This document shows, in pieces, positions 12,389 through 22,122 of a DNA stretch of 63,003 nt. Where the stretch lies: assembly GCA_035510555.1 (NCBI GenBank), contig DATKGX010000033.1:1-63003 (forward strand), read 5' to 3'. Every line of letters begins with the position of its first letter. Within the stretch, counting starts at the first letter, position 1. Both the position numbers and the translations under genes were made by a program. The stretch is from Patescibacteria group bacterium. GTDB lineage: Bacteria > Patescibacteriota > Microgenomatia > Levybacterales > UBA12049. The notes under the pieces are model-generated. The model was not told where the DNA came from. It worked only from the letters and a program-made list of their open reading frames with translations, and made no database searches.

Positions 12389-14562
12389 TGCTCTTTTATT
12401 ATAATTCCTTTTGCCGACTCTGACACAATTATTTTTGTTTTGACATTTTTATCTGCCACCGGATGACCTTTCCACCATAGAAGATACTGATAGTTCATAG
12501 TAAAACTGGCAAATTGACTTCCCTCTCCTTTGCCAATTAAATTGTATGGTTTGTTGTTAGAAAGCTGGATGATTTCGTCAGTAGCATTTAACCTATTTTT
12601 AAATTCGGGTGTTGAGTCATTTCGAAAAACTTGAAAAGAATTAACTTCCACAACTAATACTAGCAGCAATATAACCGTAAGAGTTAAAAACTTATTGCTA
12701 AATAATTTTGAAAAGAAAATTGCCACTGTAAAAATAACAAATGGAAAAACAACTGGCAGATACGCATCGGAAGGTGTTTGATTAATTACAATTCCGGTTA
12801 GTGAGATTACGAGAAACATCAGGAGTAAAAATTCGCTGTCTTCCAAGCACCTCTTCCTGTAAGTCTGAAAACATATACAAATTATCCCTCCCAACAAAAG
12901 AATTAAAGCGACTGGAGAACTTGGAGCGAACAGTAATTTTTGTAAATTGACAATACCGAATTCAAAAACAGTTTTATAATTGGCGATTACATTTCCGGAT
13001 GAAGGATGGAATAAGAAGCTAACCGGTTTATACAATGTCCAGCCAACAAAGACGATTGTTTGTTTGAATCCATGGGAAAAATCATAAATTATTACTGGAA
13101 GCATAACTATCAGGGATAGTAGAAACGACATGAAAATTGTTTTCTTTGTTAATAAATTAATAACCCATTTCTCCTTTTTAAATAATCCATAGCCAAGAAG
13201 TAATACTAACGGAAATACTAAAGTAAATGTTGCAAGTTCTAAGTTATAAAGAATTGCAGCAAAAAACATAATCAACGGGAAATAATTAAGATTCCCTTTT
13301 ATCCATTTATAAATTGCATAAAAATACAAAATCGTGAAAAATGGGATTGGGCTGGGATCGAATGGCATCCGGTCAAACAGAACAATTAATGGCGATGTGG
13401 CATATAATAACGCAGCAACCAACCCTATTTTCTTTGAAAATAACTCGGAGCCTACTTTATACATTAAAACTGCAGATACCACCCCGAAAAATGCCGTTAA
13501 GTATCCACCCGCAAGAGGATTAAACTTGAATAAGGGAAAAACTACCGCGAGCATATAAGTCCAGAGTGGCCCTTGATGCAGCCAAACGTGGCTTGAAGTA
13601 ATCCCGACCAACGGAATCTGACCGCTGACTAATAGATCTCTCGCCGACAAATAAAACCAACCCTGGTCACCGATAAAAGTCATCCCGTTAGATAAGTTAT
13701 AAACTCTAAGTAGTAGAGCAAGCGCCAAAACCAGAGCAATAAATAAAGCTTGCTTGGTAATTCCTAAAAAAGTTTCTACCAATAATGCTTTTATAATCCC
13801 GTAATGCTTTCTAAAATACTTGAATCTGCTCTGTGAAAATATTTTCTGCGTATTCTTAAGCTGTTTAGTACTGGCGCCGACCTCGTGATATATTTTCGAC
13901 CTAGACGTAATGAATATTTTGTATCCTTGAGCCTTAACTCTTTTCGCTAAATCATCCTCTTCAAAATACAAAAAGAACTCCTCATCAAAACCCTTTACTA
14001 GGTTAAATAAATCTCTGCGTATCATCAGGGCCGTTCCGGGACTCACTTCTACCTGCTTATCTCGTTGATGATCCCAATCCTTTAACCAATATTTTTTAGA
14101 AACCGGGTTATTGGGGAATAATTTATTTAGGAATGATAAAACAACTAGCGCTTTGACTGGCGTTAGAACATCAGTTCCTTGAAGAGTGAACGGAATATTA
14201 TTTTTATCAATTAAAAGAGGCGAAATTATTCCGGCCTTTGGATTTTTGTCTAAGAAACTGCAAAGCGCGTCAACAGTATCTTTAAATACTAAAGTGTCGG
14301 GATTTAAGAAAAATAAATATTTTCCCTTGGCGTATTTTGCTCCCAGATTATTTCCGCCGCCATAACCTAAATTCTTGGAGCTTTTGACATAAATGACTTT
14401 AGGAAATACTTTTTTAAGAGAACCTCTCAGATTATCTTTATCACCGTTATCCACGACAATAATCTCAAATTCAGTTTTTGGTTTGGAATCATAGATAGAT
14501 TTTAAGCACGTAAAAAGTTTCTCTTTCACCCTGTAATTAACGACTATTATCGAAACTTTCAT
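12385..14562 (-). CDS. Fusion protein: GT2 glycosyltransferase plus GT-C-like polytopic membrane domain
   Basis: The N-terminal ~250 aa reads VSIIVVNYR...IIVVDNGDKD...GYGGGNNLG...NPDT (GT2). The remaining ~470 aa is multi-TM, ArnT-like, with a C-terminal soluble tail. Confidence 0.75.
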   Translation of the reverse strand: MKVSIIVVNYRVKEKLFTCLKSIYDSKPKTEFEIIVVDNGDKDNLRGSLKKVFPKVIYVKSSKNLGYGGGNNLGAKYAKGKYLFFLNPDTLVFKDTVDALCSFLDKNPKAGIISPLLIDKNNIPFTLQGTDVLTPVKALVVLSFLNKLFPNNPVSKKYWLKDWDHQRDKQVEVSPGTALMIRRDLFNLVKGFDEEFFLYFEEDDLAKRVKAQGYKIFITSRSKIYHEVGASTKQLKNTQKIFSQSRFKYFRKHYGIIKALLVETFLGITKQALFIALVLALALLLRVYNLSNGMTFIGDQGWFYLSARDLLVSGQIPLVGITSSHVWLHQGPLWTYMLAVVFPLFKFNPLAGGYLTAFFGVVSAVLMYKVGSELFSKKIGLVAALLYATSPLIVLFDRMPFDPSPIPFFTILYFYAIYKWIKGNLNYFPLIMFFAAILYNLELATFTLVFPLVLLLGYGLFKKEKWVINLLTKKTIFMSFLLSLIVMLPVIIYDFSHGFKQTIVFVGWTLYKPVSFLFHPSSGNVIANYKTVFEFGIVNLQKLLFAPSSPVALILLLGGIICICFQTYRKRCLEDSEFLLLMFLVISLTGIVINQTPSDAYLPVVFPFVIFTVAIFFSKLFSNKFLTLTVILLLVLVVEVNSFQVFRNDSTPEFKNRLNATDEIIQLSNNKPYNLIGKGEGSQFASFTMNYQYLLWWKGHPVADKNVKTKIIVSESAKGIIIKEQ

Positions 14563-15680
14563 TTGTTTTTTGCTATTTGAATAATAATCTCATTTAAAAT
14601 TTTTACCTGTCTTTTCCAGGTCCAATTATCTTCGACCCATTTCCTTCCGTTCTTACTCATTTCTTCCCGGGTTTTTTCGTTTTGAATAAGAAATATTATT
14701 TTCTCGGCTATTTCACTTACAGCAAAGTCAACCAGATAACCTGTCTTTTTGTTAATAATCGTTTCTCTATATCCGGCGACATTTAGGGCAATGACCGGAA
14801 CCCCACAAGCCATTGATTCCAACGGCACTAAACCAAAAGTATCAAACCGGCTTAAAGAAAGCGTCACTAACGATTCATTGTAAAGCACGGCCAGTTCTTT
14901 ATCAGACAAACGATCACCGTTTTTCTTTTTCCAGGAAACTATTTTAAGCTGCGGGCGGATTGCAGCCGGAATTAAATTGATTGCTTTCTGAGCCAGATCA
15001 TAACCGTAGATTGGATATTTTTCCGCCACAAAAAGTACTTGATTTCTCTTTTTTACTTTTAGCGGCTTGAATACAGATTCATCTACTCCCAAGTACGATA
15101 TTTTCGGATATAAATCATAAGCGGCAATTATTCTTTCTCTGGCAAACAATGAAAGTGTCAGAATCGCTTTTGCAGCAAGAACGTTTTTCCTGTCAATATT
15201 TTTTCTGATCCACCTATTTAGATTTTCGTAAAGTTTATTTAATAACGAAGGTTTATCTTTAAGCCTTAATGAGTATTCATAAGCGTTTCTTAATGGCTCC
15301 AAGCAATAATAAACATTTTTTGTTTTAAGATAGCGTAATAGAAATGGCGCTTGAGTATTGATATCTGTGTGGACCAGAACAATGTCGTATTTTCTGGAAT
15401 CTATATCTCTGGCAATTTTTTTATGCAATAGTCTTAACGTTAGAAACGTATCGATAAAATCCGCTTTTACTCTTTTCAAAATAGGGAAATTGAAAGTTGT
15501 AGGATTAAAATTATATAAATATTTATTATCCGAGAACTTAGCAGGATCGAAAATATCCATATCAGAAGAAATTGTATAAACATCTACCATGTGTCCATGT
15601 TCTTTTAACCCTTTTACGTGCTCCTGAACGACTCTTTTTGCACCACTAAATTTGATGTAATAAAAAACTGCAATTTTCAT
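14559..15680 (-). CDS. GT4 (GT-B fold) glycosyltransferase
   Basis: C-terminal FGLVPLESMACGVPVIA...TGYLV is a typical GT1/GT4 EX7E region. Confidence 0.8.
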   Translation of the reverse strand: MKIAVFYYIKFSGAKRVVQEHVKGLKEHGHMVDVYTISSDMDIFDPAKFSDNKYLYNFNPTTFNFPILKRVKADFIDTFLTLRLLHKKIARDIDSRKYDIVLVHTDINTQAPFLLRYLKTKNVYYCLEPLRNAYEYSLRLKDKPSLLNKLYENLNRWIRKNIDRKNVLAAKAILTLSLFARERIIAAYDLYPKISYLGVDESVFKPLKVKKRNQVLFVAEKYPIYGYDLAQKAINLIPAAIRPQLKIVSWKKKNGDRLSDKELAVLYNESLVTLSLSRFDTFGLVPLESMACGVPVIALNVAGYRETIINKKTGYLVDFAVSEIAEKIIFLIQNEKTREEMSKNGRKWVEDNWTWKRQVKILNEIIIQIAKNK

Positions 15681-16900
15681 TTCTTTTTTAATATTTGCTT
15701 AAGTCCTAATCCTGCTAAAGGCAACACTAGTAGATAGCTTATTAAAGAAACGGCGCTGGTACCAATTATTCCAAAATACAAAGAGGCAGGAACTATTAGA
15801 ACTGCTAGAATAAACAATCTGGCGATTAAAATTTTTGCCGTAATATCCTGCCTGGCGTGAGCAAGAAACAGGGATGTAATAATGGCCATAAATGCAGTCA
15901 CTAAACCACTTAGGGAAAATATTTTAAGAGGAATATCAGCGCTTAACCATTTAGTTCCTGCAAAAACTGTTAGTATATCTTTTGAAAAAACAAATATAAT
16001 AATTGTCATCGATCCAAAGAGCAAAGACACCAACAGTAAAATCATCCGTAGCGCCCGACCTGTTCGTTTACTATCGCCCTTAATTCTGGCGAATAGGGGA
16101 AAAGTAACTTTTGAAAAAACACCACCCGCATCAATCATAATTTGCAGAGAGAACTTTTGCGCCAGCTCGTAAATACCCAAACTACCAACTCCCAAAATTT
16201 TTCCGACAACAATACTGTCTGCCTGCTCCACAAAATAATTTAGTCCACTAATTAAAGTCAACCATTTTCCGAAATGGAACAGTTCTTTTAGTTCCTTTGT
16301 TCTAAACATTAATTTGGGTCTAGGTCTTATGAAGACAAAAGATAAAATAGTTTCAAATAATGTTGTAAATACTACTGCCGTAACTAGCGCTAAAGAGCTT
16401 CTGAAAATAATTACCAATGCGGCAGCTGCCAAAAAGTCAAAAACTGAAATTAAGAATCTAAATAAGAAGTCTTTATGAAAATCTAAATTGCGTTGAAACT
16501 TCGCAATCGATGGGTTTTCTAAACCACTAAAAAGAGGTATTAAACCCGCGACCAAAATGACTACGAAAGCTGTTTTAGCGTTAAAGAAAAGGCTGATTGG
16601 ATAAGCAACGATTACGGTTAGTAAAAATAATAAGACTCCCCTACCCATGGACAAAAGCCAAGCAGGGGAGATATATTTTTCTTCTTCTTTTTCTACCTGT
16701 ACTAAATATGCAGAAATCCCAGTTTCTGTAATTGCCTGAAAAAAACCGATTGTCAGTAGGGCAATTCCGAAGATGCCTAGCTCTACGGGGGTTAGAAATT
16801 TAGCGATAATTACAAATTTTAGCAAAGCGCTTCCTTTTAAGGCGATTTGCAAAAAACCGGCCCAGCCAATACCTTTAACCGCTTTTTTTGAGTATCCCAT
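15677..16900 (-). CDS. Wzx-like oligosaccharide flippase (MOP superfamily)
   Basis: 407 aa, ~12 TM helices. The N-terminus AVKGIGWAGFLQIALKGSALLKFVIIAKFL is typical of polysaccharide biosynthesis flippases. Confidence 0.65.
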   Translation of the reverse strand: MGYSKKAVKGIGWAGFLQIALKGSALLKFVIIAKFLTPVELGIFGIALLTIGFFQAITETGISAYLVQVEKEEEKYISPAWLLSMGRGVLLFLLTVIVAYPISLFFNAKTAFVVILVAGLIPLFSGLENPSIAKFQRNLDFHKDFLFRFLISVFDFLAAAALVIIFRSSLALVTAVVFTTLFETILSFVFIRPRPKLMFRTKELKELFHFGKWLTLISGLNYFVEQADSIVVGKILGVGSLGIYELAQKFSLQIMIDAGGVFSKVTFPLFARIKGDSKRTGRALRMILLLVSLLFGSMTIIIFVFSKDILTVFAGTKWLSADIPLKIFSLSGLVTAFMAIITSLFLAHARQDITAKILIARLFILAVLIVPASLYFGIIGTSAVSLISYLLVLPLAGLGLKQILKKK

Positions 16901-16966
16901 GCTTTGTATTATACTTCAAACCAAAGCTAAACAAAATCCAAGAAAAAATGAAGACTTGCGGCGGCT

Positions 16967-17497
16967 CTAACCTTGAAATGTTGGCCAGTTCTTATCCTTA
17001 TCGGCGATAACGGTTGGCTCCAATGGCCAATTGATACCAAAAGCCGGATCATCCCATTTAACGCCTGATTCGTGCTCTTTGGAATATTCGTTTGAAATAT
17101 AATAGATTACTTCCGTATTATCCTCAAGGGTTTGAAAACCGTGAGCAAAACCCTTCGGTATGTATAAAATTTGCTTATTTTCTTCCGAAAGCTCCAAGCC
17201 ATACCATTTTTTATAAGTAGGTGAATCTTTTTGCAAATCTATAGCAACATCAAACACCCGGCCTTTTTGGCAAAAAATAAGCTTTGCTTGAGCAAATGGC
17301 TCGACTTGAAAATGCATTCCCCTAAGCGTTCCCTTGACTAGATTGAAAGAGTGATTTACCTGAACAATTTCAAAATCAATCCCCTGCTCTAAAAAAGCTT
17401 TTTTCTCAAATGATTTAAGAAAGTATCCCCGGTTATCTGCGAACTTATCAGGGGTAATTATTTTCAAACCGCTAATCGGAGGATTTGTAACAATCAT
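16967..17497 (-). CDS. rfbC: dTDP-4-dehydrorhamnose 3,5-epimerase
   Basis: FADNRGYF...RGMHFQ...AKLIFCQKGRVFDVAIDL...YIPKGFAHGF are cupin RmlC signatures. Confidence 0.9.
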   Translation of the reverse strand: MIVTNPPISGLKIITPDKFADNRGYFLKSFEKKAFLEQGIDFEIVQVNHSFNLVKGTLRGMHFQVEPFAQAKLIFCQKGRVFDVAIDLQKDSPTYKKWYGLELSEENKQILYIPKGFAHGFQTLEDNTEVIYYISNEYSKEHESGVKWDDPAFGINWPLEPTVIADKDKNWPTFQG

Positions 17498-17604
17498 GTT
17501 TTAATTCTGACATAAATCCCGCTACTTTTCCACCCCTATCGATAAAAGCTACTTGAAATGCGGACAATTCACAGATTATAATGTATCACTGCCTTAAGCT
17601 TTAG

Positions 17605-18819
17605 ATGAAAATTAAAAATTGCCGGTCTTGTAATTCCAAAAACCTAATTGAAATTATTTCTTTAGGAAATCAATATCTCTCAGATTTTGTTAAAACAAAC
17701 CGCAAACCGAAATCATTTCCCCTAAGATTAATGCTCTGTAAGCAATGCTTTTTAGTGCAGTTAGAATACACAACTCCGCAGAAATATTTATACACAGAGC
17801 GCTATGGCTACAAATCAGGCATTAATCAAACGATGCAGGATGAGCTTAAAGAAATTGTTCAAAAAGCTTTAAAAAGAATGACTAAGAAAAATAAAGATCT
17901 AGTTGTAGTTGATATCGGAGCAAATGACGGAACGTTACTCAGAAACTATCCTAAGAATATCTTTCGGGTAGCGGTTGAGCCAATCACTAAGTTCGCCAAA
18001 GAAGCTAAAAAACATTCCGACAAAGTCGTGAATGATTTCTTTAACTATAATTCTTATCAAAAGATATTGAAGGACAAAAAGGCAGATATAGTTACTGCGA
18101 TTTCCTGCTTTTATGATATGGAAAATCCGAACAAGTTTGTTGAGGACGTTAAGAAAATCATGAAAGATAATGGCATCTTTATAATCCAACAGAACTATTT
18201 AGTGGGAATGCTACAACAGAATGCTTTCGACAATATTGTCCATGAGCATTTGGAATACTATTCTCTGTTATCTCTAAACAATTTGCTGGCAAAACATGAT
18301 TTGGAAGTTTTTGATCTGGAAGAACGCGAGCTTAATGGCGGCAGTTTTCGGACCTATATCGCCTGTAAAAGACAAAGAAGAAAAACAAAAGCCGTATTGA
18401 AAATGGAAAAATACGAAAAAAGACTTAAATTAAATAATAAGAAAGTCTATCTGGATTTTGCCAAACGAATTAAAGATAATAAAGAAAATATCTTAAACTT
18501 TATTAAGGAACAAAATAAACTAGGGAAATTAGTTTATCTTTATGGCGCATCAACCAGAGGCAATACCCTACTACAATACTTTAAGTTAAACAATAAGTTG
18601 ATAAAAAAGGCTGTCGAAAGAAATCCAGAGAAATGGGGCAAAATAATTGCCTCCGTAGGTATCCCAATTATTTCTGAGGCAGAGGCAAGAAAAGATAAGC
18701 CCGATTACATGCTGGTTCTGCCTTGGTTTTTTAAAAAAGAGTTTTTAAAGAGAGAAAAAAGATACTTAGATAATGGAGGACATTTTATCTTCCCCTTACC
18801 AAAACTTGAAGTTATCTAA
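17605..18819 (+). CDS. NDP-sugar C-methyltransferase (class I SAM-dependent)
   Basis: N-terminal zinc motif CRSCNS...CKQCFLVQL, SAM motif VVDIGANDGTLL, and a C-terminal domain as in TylCIII-type sugar C-methyltransferases. Confidence 0.7.
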   Translation: MKIKNCRSCNSKNLIEIISLGNQYLSDFVKTNRKPKSFPLRLMLCKQCFLVQLEYTTPQKYLYTERYGYKSGINQTMQDELKEIVQKALKRMTKKNKDLVVVDIGANDGTLLRNYPKNIFRVAVEPITKFAKEAKKHSDKVVNDFFNYNSYQKILKDKKADIVTAISCFYDMENPNKFVEDVKKIMKDNGIFIIQQNYLVGMLQQNAFDNIVHEHLEYYSLLSLNNLLAKHDLEVFDLEERELNGGSFRTYIACKRQRRKTKAVLKMEKYEKRLKLNNKKVYLDFAKRIKDNKENILNFIKEQNKLGKLVYLYGASTRGNTLLQYFKLNNKLIKKAVERNPEKWGKIIASVGIPIISEAEARKDKPDYMLVLPWFFKKEFLKREKRYLDNGGHFIFPLPKLEVI

Positions 18820-19532
18820 TTAGCTCTCGCCCTCATTTTGATTACAAATGTCAGAGAATTAAATAGCTCTCTAAGGTTAACATTTGATTTACCGTAGATC
18901 CGAAAATTCCAAGTGATAGGAACTTCTTCAATCTTAAATCCCGCTAAGAATAATTTGTAAGCCGTTTCCGAAAGCGCAATAAACCCTTTTGATTCTATCT
19001 TCGTATTTGTTAAAAACTCCACCGCTTTCCGGTTATAAAGTCTAAAGCCGCTGGTGTGGTCGGTAAGATGCATTCCTAGCCAGTAATACAAGAATTTATT
19101 AATAACTCTACTCATGATTGTCCTGTTCGGGGCAATATTGATGATTTTCCCACCCGGTAAATATCTTGAGCCAATAATAAGACCTATGGATTCATCTCTT
19201 TTTTGCAAAAATCGCTTAAATTCTTTGGGATCATGGGCCAAATCAGAGTCCATTTCGAAAACATAGCGCATACTCTTCTTCTTTAACGCCTGTTTAAAAC
19301 CAAGTAGCACCGCGCTGCCTCTGCCCTCTTTTTTAAGTCTGGAAATAAGAATAATGCTTGCTTTACCTTTAACTATTTTTTGCAGCTTCTGGTTCTCCGT
19401 TGGTTTTGAATCGTCCACAATAATTATTCCTGAAGAGGGAAGTTCTTTCCGAATTCTTTTGAGTAGAACTGCGATACTTTGCACTTCATTATAGGAAGGG
19501 ATAACGATTGAAATGTCTTGATTACTTTTCAT
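18816..19532 (-). CDS. GT2 polyprenyl-phosphate sugar synthase (Dpm1/GtrB-like)
   Basis: ISIVIPSYNE...IIVDDSKPTE...EMDSDLAHDP. A short ~240-aa GT2 typical of polyprenol-phosphate mannose/glucose synthases. Confidence 0.7.
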   Translation of the reverse strand: MKSNQDISIVIPSYNEVQSIAVLLKRIRKELPSSGIIIVDDSKPTENQKLQKIVKGKASIILISRLKKEGRGSAVLLGFKQALKKKSMRYVFEMDSDLAHDPKEFKRFLQKRDESIGLIIGSRYLPGGKIINIAPNRTIMSRVINKFLYYWLGMHLTDHTSGFRLYNRKAVEFLTNTKIESKGFIALSETAYKLFLAGFKIEEVPITWNFRIYGKSNVNLRELFNSLTFVIKMRARAN

Positions 19533-22122
19533 AAATGGAAATAGTATCAGGTAATTGGATTAAAGCAGACATATAATATTCTTGTCTACTATTAAAAATG
19601 GAGAATGGCGGTGATTGAAGGCTAAAGGATTTAATTTTTTTATACTTTTGCTTGCTCAACTCCGCTAGAATCAACTTTTTATCCGAATTAAGCATATAGT
19701 TACTTTCTACATAATCGTCACTTATAATTATTACTTTAGGGAAAAGTTTTGTTTTGCTACTTATCACTTCATAAGCATATCTATTATTGATTGTCTGTTT
19801 GTATTGTTTTAAATAAAACTCTTTCAGGACAATATCGGGAATCATTTGATAAATCGGAATATTTTCTATTCCTATCAAAGTCCCGGGCTTAATATGTTGC
19901 GTGGTCCAAAGAGAAGAGGTAACTCTCGGATTATTATTATTTTTTAAAGTATTCCAAGACAATGATTCAACTAGCTGAATTAAAAGTAAACTTCCGACAA
20001 TAATTAGACAGATATATCTTAGGCTTTTTTTGTTGATTTTTTTATAAATTGACTCCCCTACTAAAGATGTGACCAAAGCCATAAAGGGCAACAAAGGAAT
20101 AAGTCTATTCGCGATAGCTCCCGTTCTTAATAAGAATAAGCCTAAAAGATAAGATATTAAACTTAAAAGTAAAACAACTACATATTTATGTTTAAAAATT
20201 ATTTCTCTAAAACTATTTCTTTTCGACAGCAACAACCTTAATGTTAAAATTATACCCACCAGTGAGAAAATTAAGAAACCAAAATAGAATACTCTACCAA
20301 AGGTTGCCGGATATAAATTTATAATAAAGTATTGCCAGTAATTCATGCCGAGATTTAAATTAGCTGAAATTACATTTGGGGTAGATGATAAATTAGATAC
20401 CAAATATTCTTTGAGACTTCCCTTTCCTAGTAAAATGTCCGGGATTCCAAAAAATAGAAAAGTAACGGTATAAATTAAGACGCCTAAAATCAGCATTCTT
20501 ATTTTTTTTCTTACATTAGACGTAAACAACAAAAATATTACGATATAAACAAATAATAAATTAAACGGCTCTAATTTCGTTGCTAATGCAAGCGCAGAAA
20601 ATATTCCCGCAAGCACAAAGTCTATTATTTTCTGTTTATCCGAGTAACGGAGCATAAATAGAAATGCCAAAAGCAACCAAAACTGCAAAGCTATATCGTA
20701 TTTAAAGTAATTGCTTAAAGTTATCCAAAGCGGATTAAAAACAAATAAAAATGCTACAAGAAATGGATTAATTTTAAAGTACTTTTTAGCTATATAAGCC
20801 AATAAGATTATAGAGAAAACGGCGAATAAAAGAGTATTCAACCTTAAAACTTCGAATAAAGTTGTTTGCGTAGATAAGCTTAATACAGAAGACTTTATGG
20901 CAAATGGATTTACAATACGCAATACGTAGAATGGGATTAGATATAATCCCGTAAGAAAGAACTGAAAAATTGAACCATTGGCTGCTCCTGACATGTTCGG
21001 CGTGCCGTAACGGAAAAGATCCCGCACCGATTGCGACTGATGCCATTCATCCATAAAATAATCAAAAGGATGGAACGGATTGGGAATTCCATAACTAATT
21101 ACAGATAGCATCGACACTATATATAATAGGATTATTAAAGACACTCCTTTGTTATTAAATATTATATTGAACAAGGCTTTGAGCGAGACCTTTTGCAGTA
21201 GGCCCAAAGTCGAACCCGCAAGTACCGCTAAATCGGATGTAAATTGCAGTAGAGGCAAATAAAGAAATGCCTGCGGACTTTTTATATATTTATAGTTTTT
21301 CCAAATTGACCAAATAATATATCCACCTATACAAAACATCAAGAATATATTCAGAAGTAAAGATTTTTCAATAAAGCTTAAAACTAAAAGATAAGCCGCT
21401 AGAATATATCTTAAAAAAATATAGAGAACTTTTTCGCGGAAAATGCCCGCTTGTATGTCGCCGAGGGCAAAACGGAAGAACATTTTAAAAGCTTGAAAGA
21501 TATTCTTGCGTGGTAGCCAATAAACGATGGCGTTTTTTGCAAAGAAAATTCTAAAGCCTGCCATTTTAATTTTATTAGCAAATGCATAGTCTTCGTTATG
21601 CGAAAGCTTCTCATCAAATCCTTTGAGACTCTTCCAGACATTTTTTCGAAAAGCCATGGATCTAGTTGCCGGCAAGAATTCACGCTTCTCAACTCTATCA
21701 GGCATGACCAAAACATAAGGAATTAAAGATTTCTGAAAACTGTTCCCTGCTAGTCCCTTGTAATATCCGGCAACAACACCAATTTTCTTATCGGTAAATG
21801 GTTTAGAAATATTTTTGACCCAGTTTTTATCTAGCAGACAACCTGCATCACTTAGTAGAATTATTTCAGAGGTAGCTTTTTTAATTGCTTCATTTCTGCC
21901 AACAGAGCGGTTACCATCCTTAACAATAACTTTGAGATTTAGCTTTGGATATTGCTCAATTTTATACCTGATAATTTCAATAGTCTTATCTTTACTTCCG
22001 CCATCCACAATAATCACTTCGCTTGGCAATAGGGATTGGTTAGCTATTGAATCGATAAAATTAGCGATGGAAGACTCTTCATTGAGCACTGTGCAAATTA
22101 ATGTTGCTCGCGGCTTTTGCAT
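19522..22122 (-). CDS. Fusion protein: GT2 glycosyltransferase plus large GT-C-like membrane domain
   Basis: The N-terminal ~230 aa reads TLICTVLNEE...VIIVDGGSKDKT...LSDAGC (GT2). More than 15 TM helices and a C-terminal soluble domain follow. Confidence 0.7.
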   Translation of the reverse strand: MQKPRATLICTVLNEESSIANFIDSIANQSLLPSEVIIVDGGSKDKTIEIIRYKIEQYPKLNLKVIVKDGNRSVGRNEAIKKATSEIILLSDAGCLLDKNWVKNISKPFTDKKIGVVAGYYKGLAGNSFQKSLIPYVLVMPDRVEKREFLPATRSMAFRKNVWKSLKGFDEKLSHNEDYAFANKIKMAGFRIFFAKNAIVYWLPRKNIFQAFKMFFRFALGDIQAGIFREKVLYIFLRYILAAYLLVLSFIEKSLLLNIFLMFCIGGYIIWSIWKNYKYIKSPQAFLYLPLLQFTSDLAVLAGSTLGLLQKVSLKALFNIIFNNKGVSLIILLYIVSMLSVISYGIPNPFHPFDYFMDEWHQSQSVRDLFRYGTPNMSGAANGSIFQFFLTGLYLIPFYVLRIVNPFAIKSSVLSLSTQTTLFEVLRLNTLLFAVFSIILLAYIAKKYFKINPFLVAFLFVFNPLWITLSNYFKYDIALQFWLLLAFLFMLRYSDKQKIIDFVLAGIFSALALATKLEPFNLLFVYIVIFLLFTSNVRKKIRMLILGVLIYTVTFLFFGIPDILLGKGSLKEYLVSNLSSTPNVISANLNLGMNYWQYFIINLYPATFGRVFYFGFLIFSLVGIILTLRLLLSKRNSFREIIFKHKYVVVLLLSLISYLLGLFLLRTGAIANRLIPLLPFMALVTSLVGESIYKKINKKSLRYICLIIVGSLLLIQLVESLSWNTLKNNNNPRVTSSLWTTQHIKPGTLIGIENIPIYQMIPDIVLKEFYLKQYKQTINNRYAYEVISSKTKLFPKVIIISDDYVESNYMLNSDKKLILAELSKQKYKKIKSFSLQSPPFSIFNSRQEYYMSALIQLPDTISIYEK

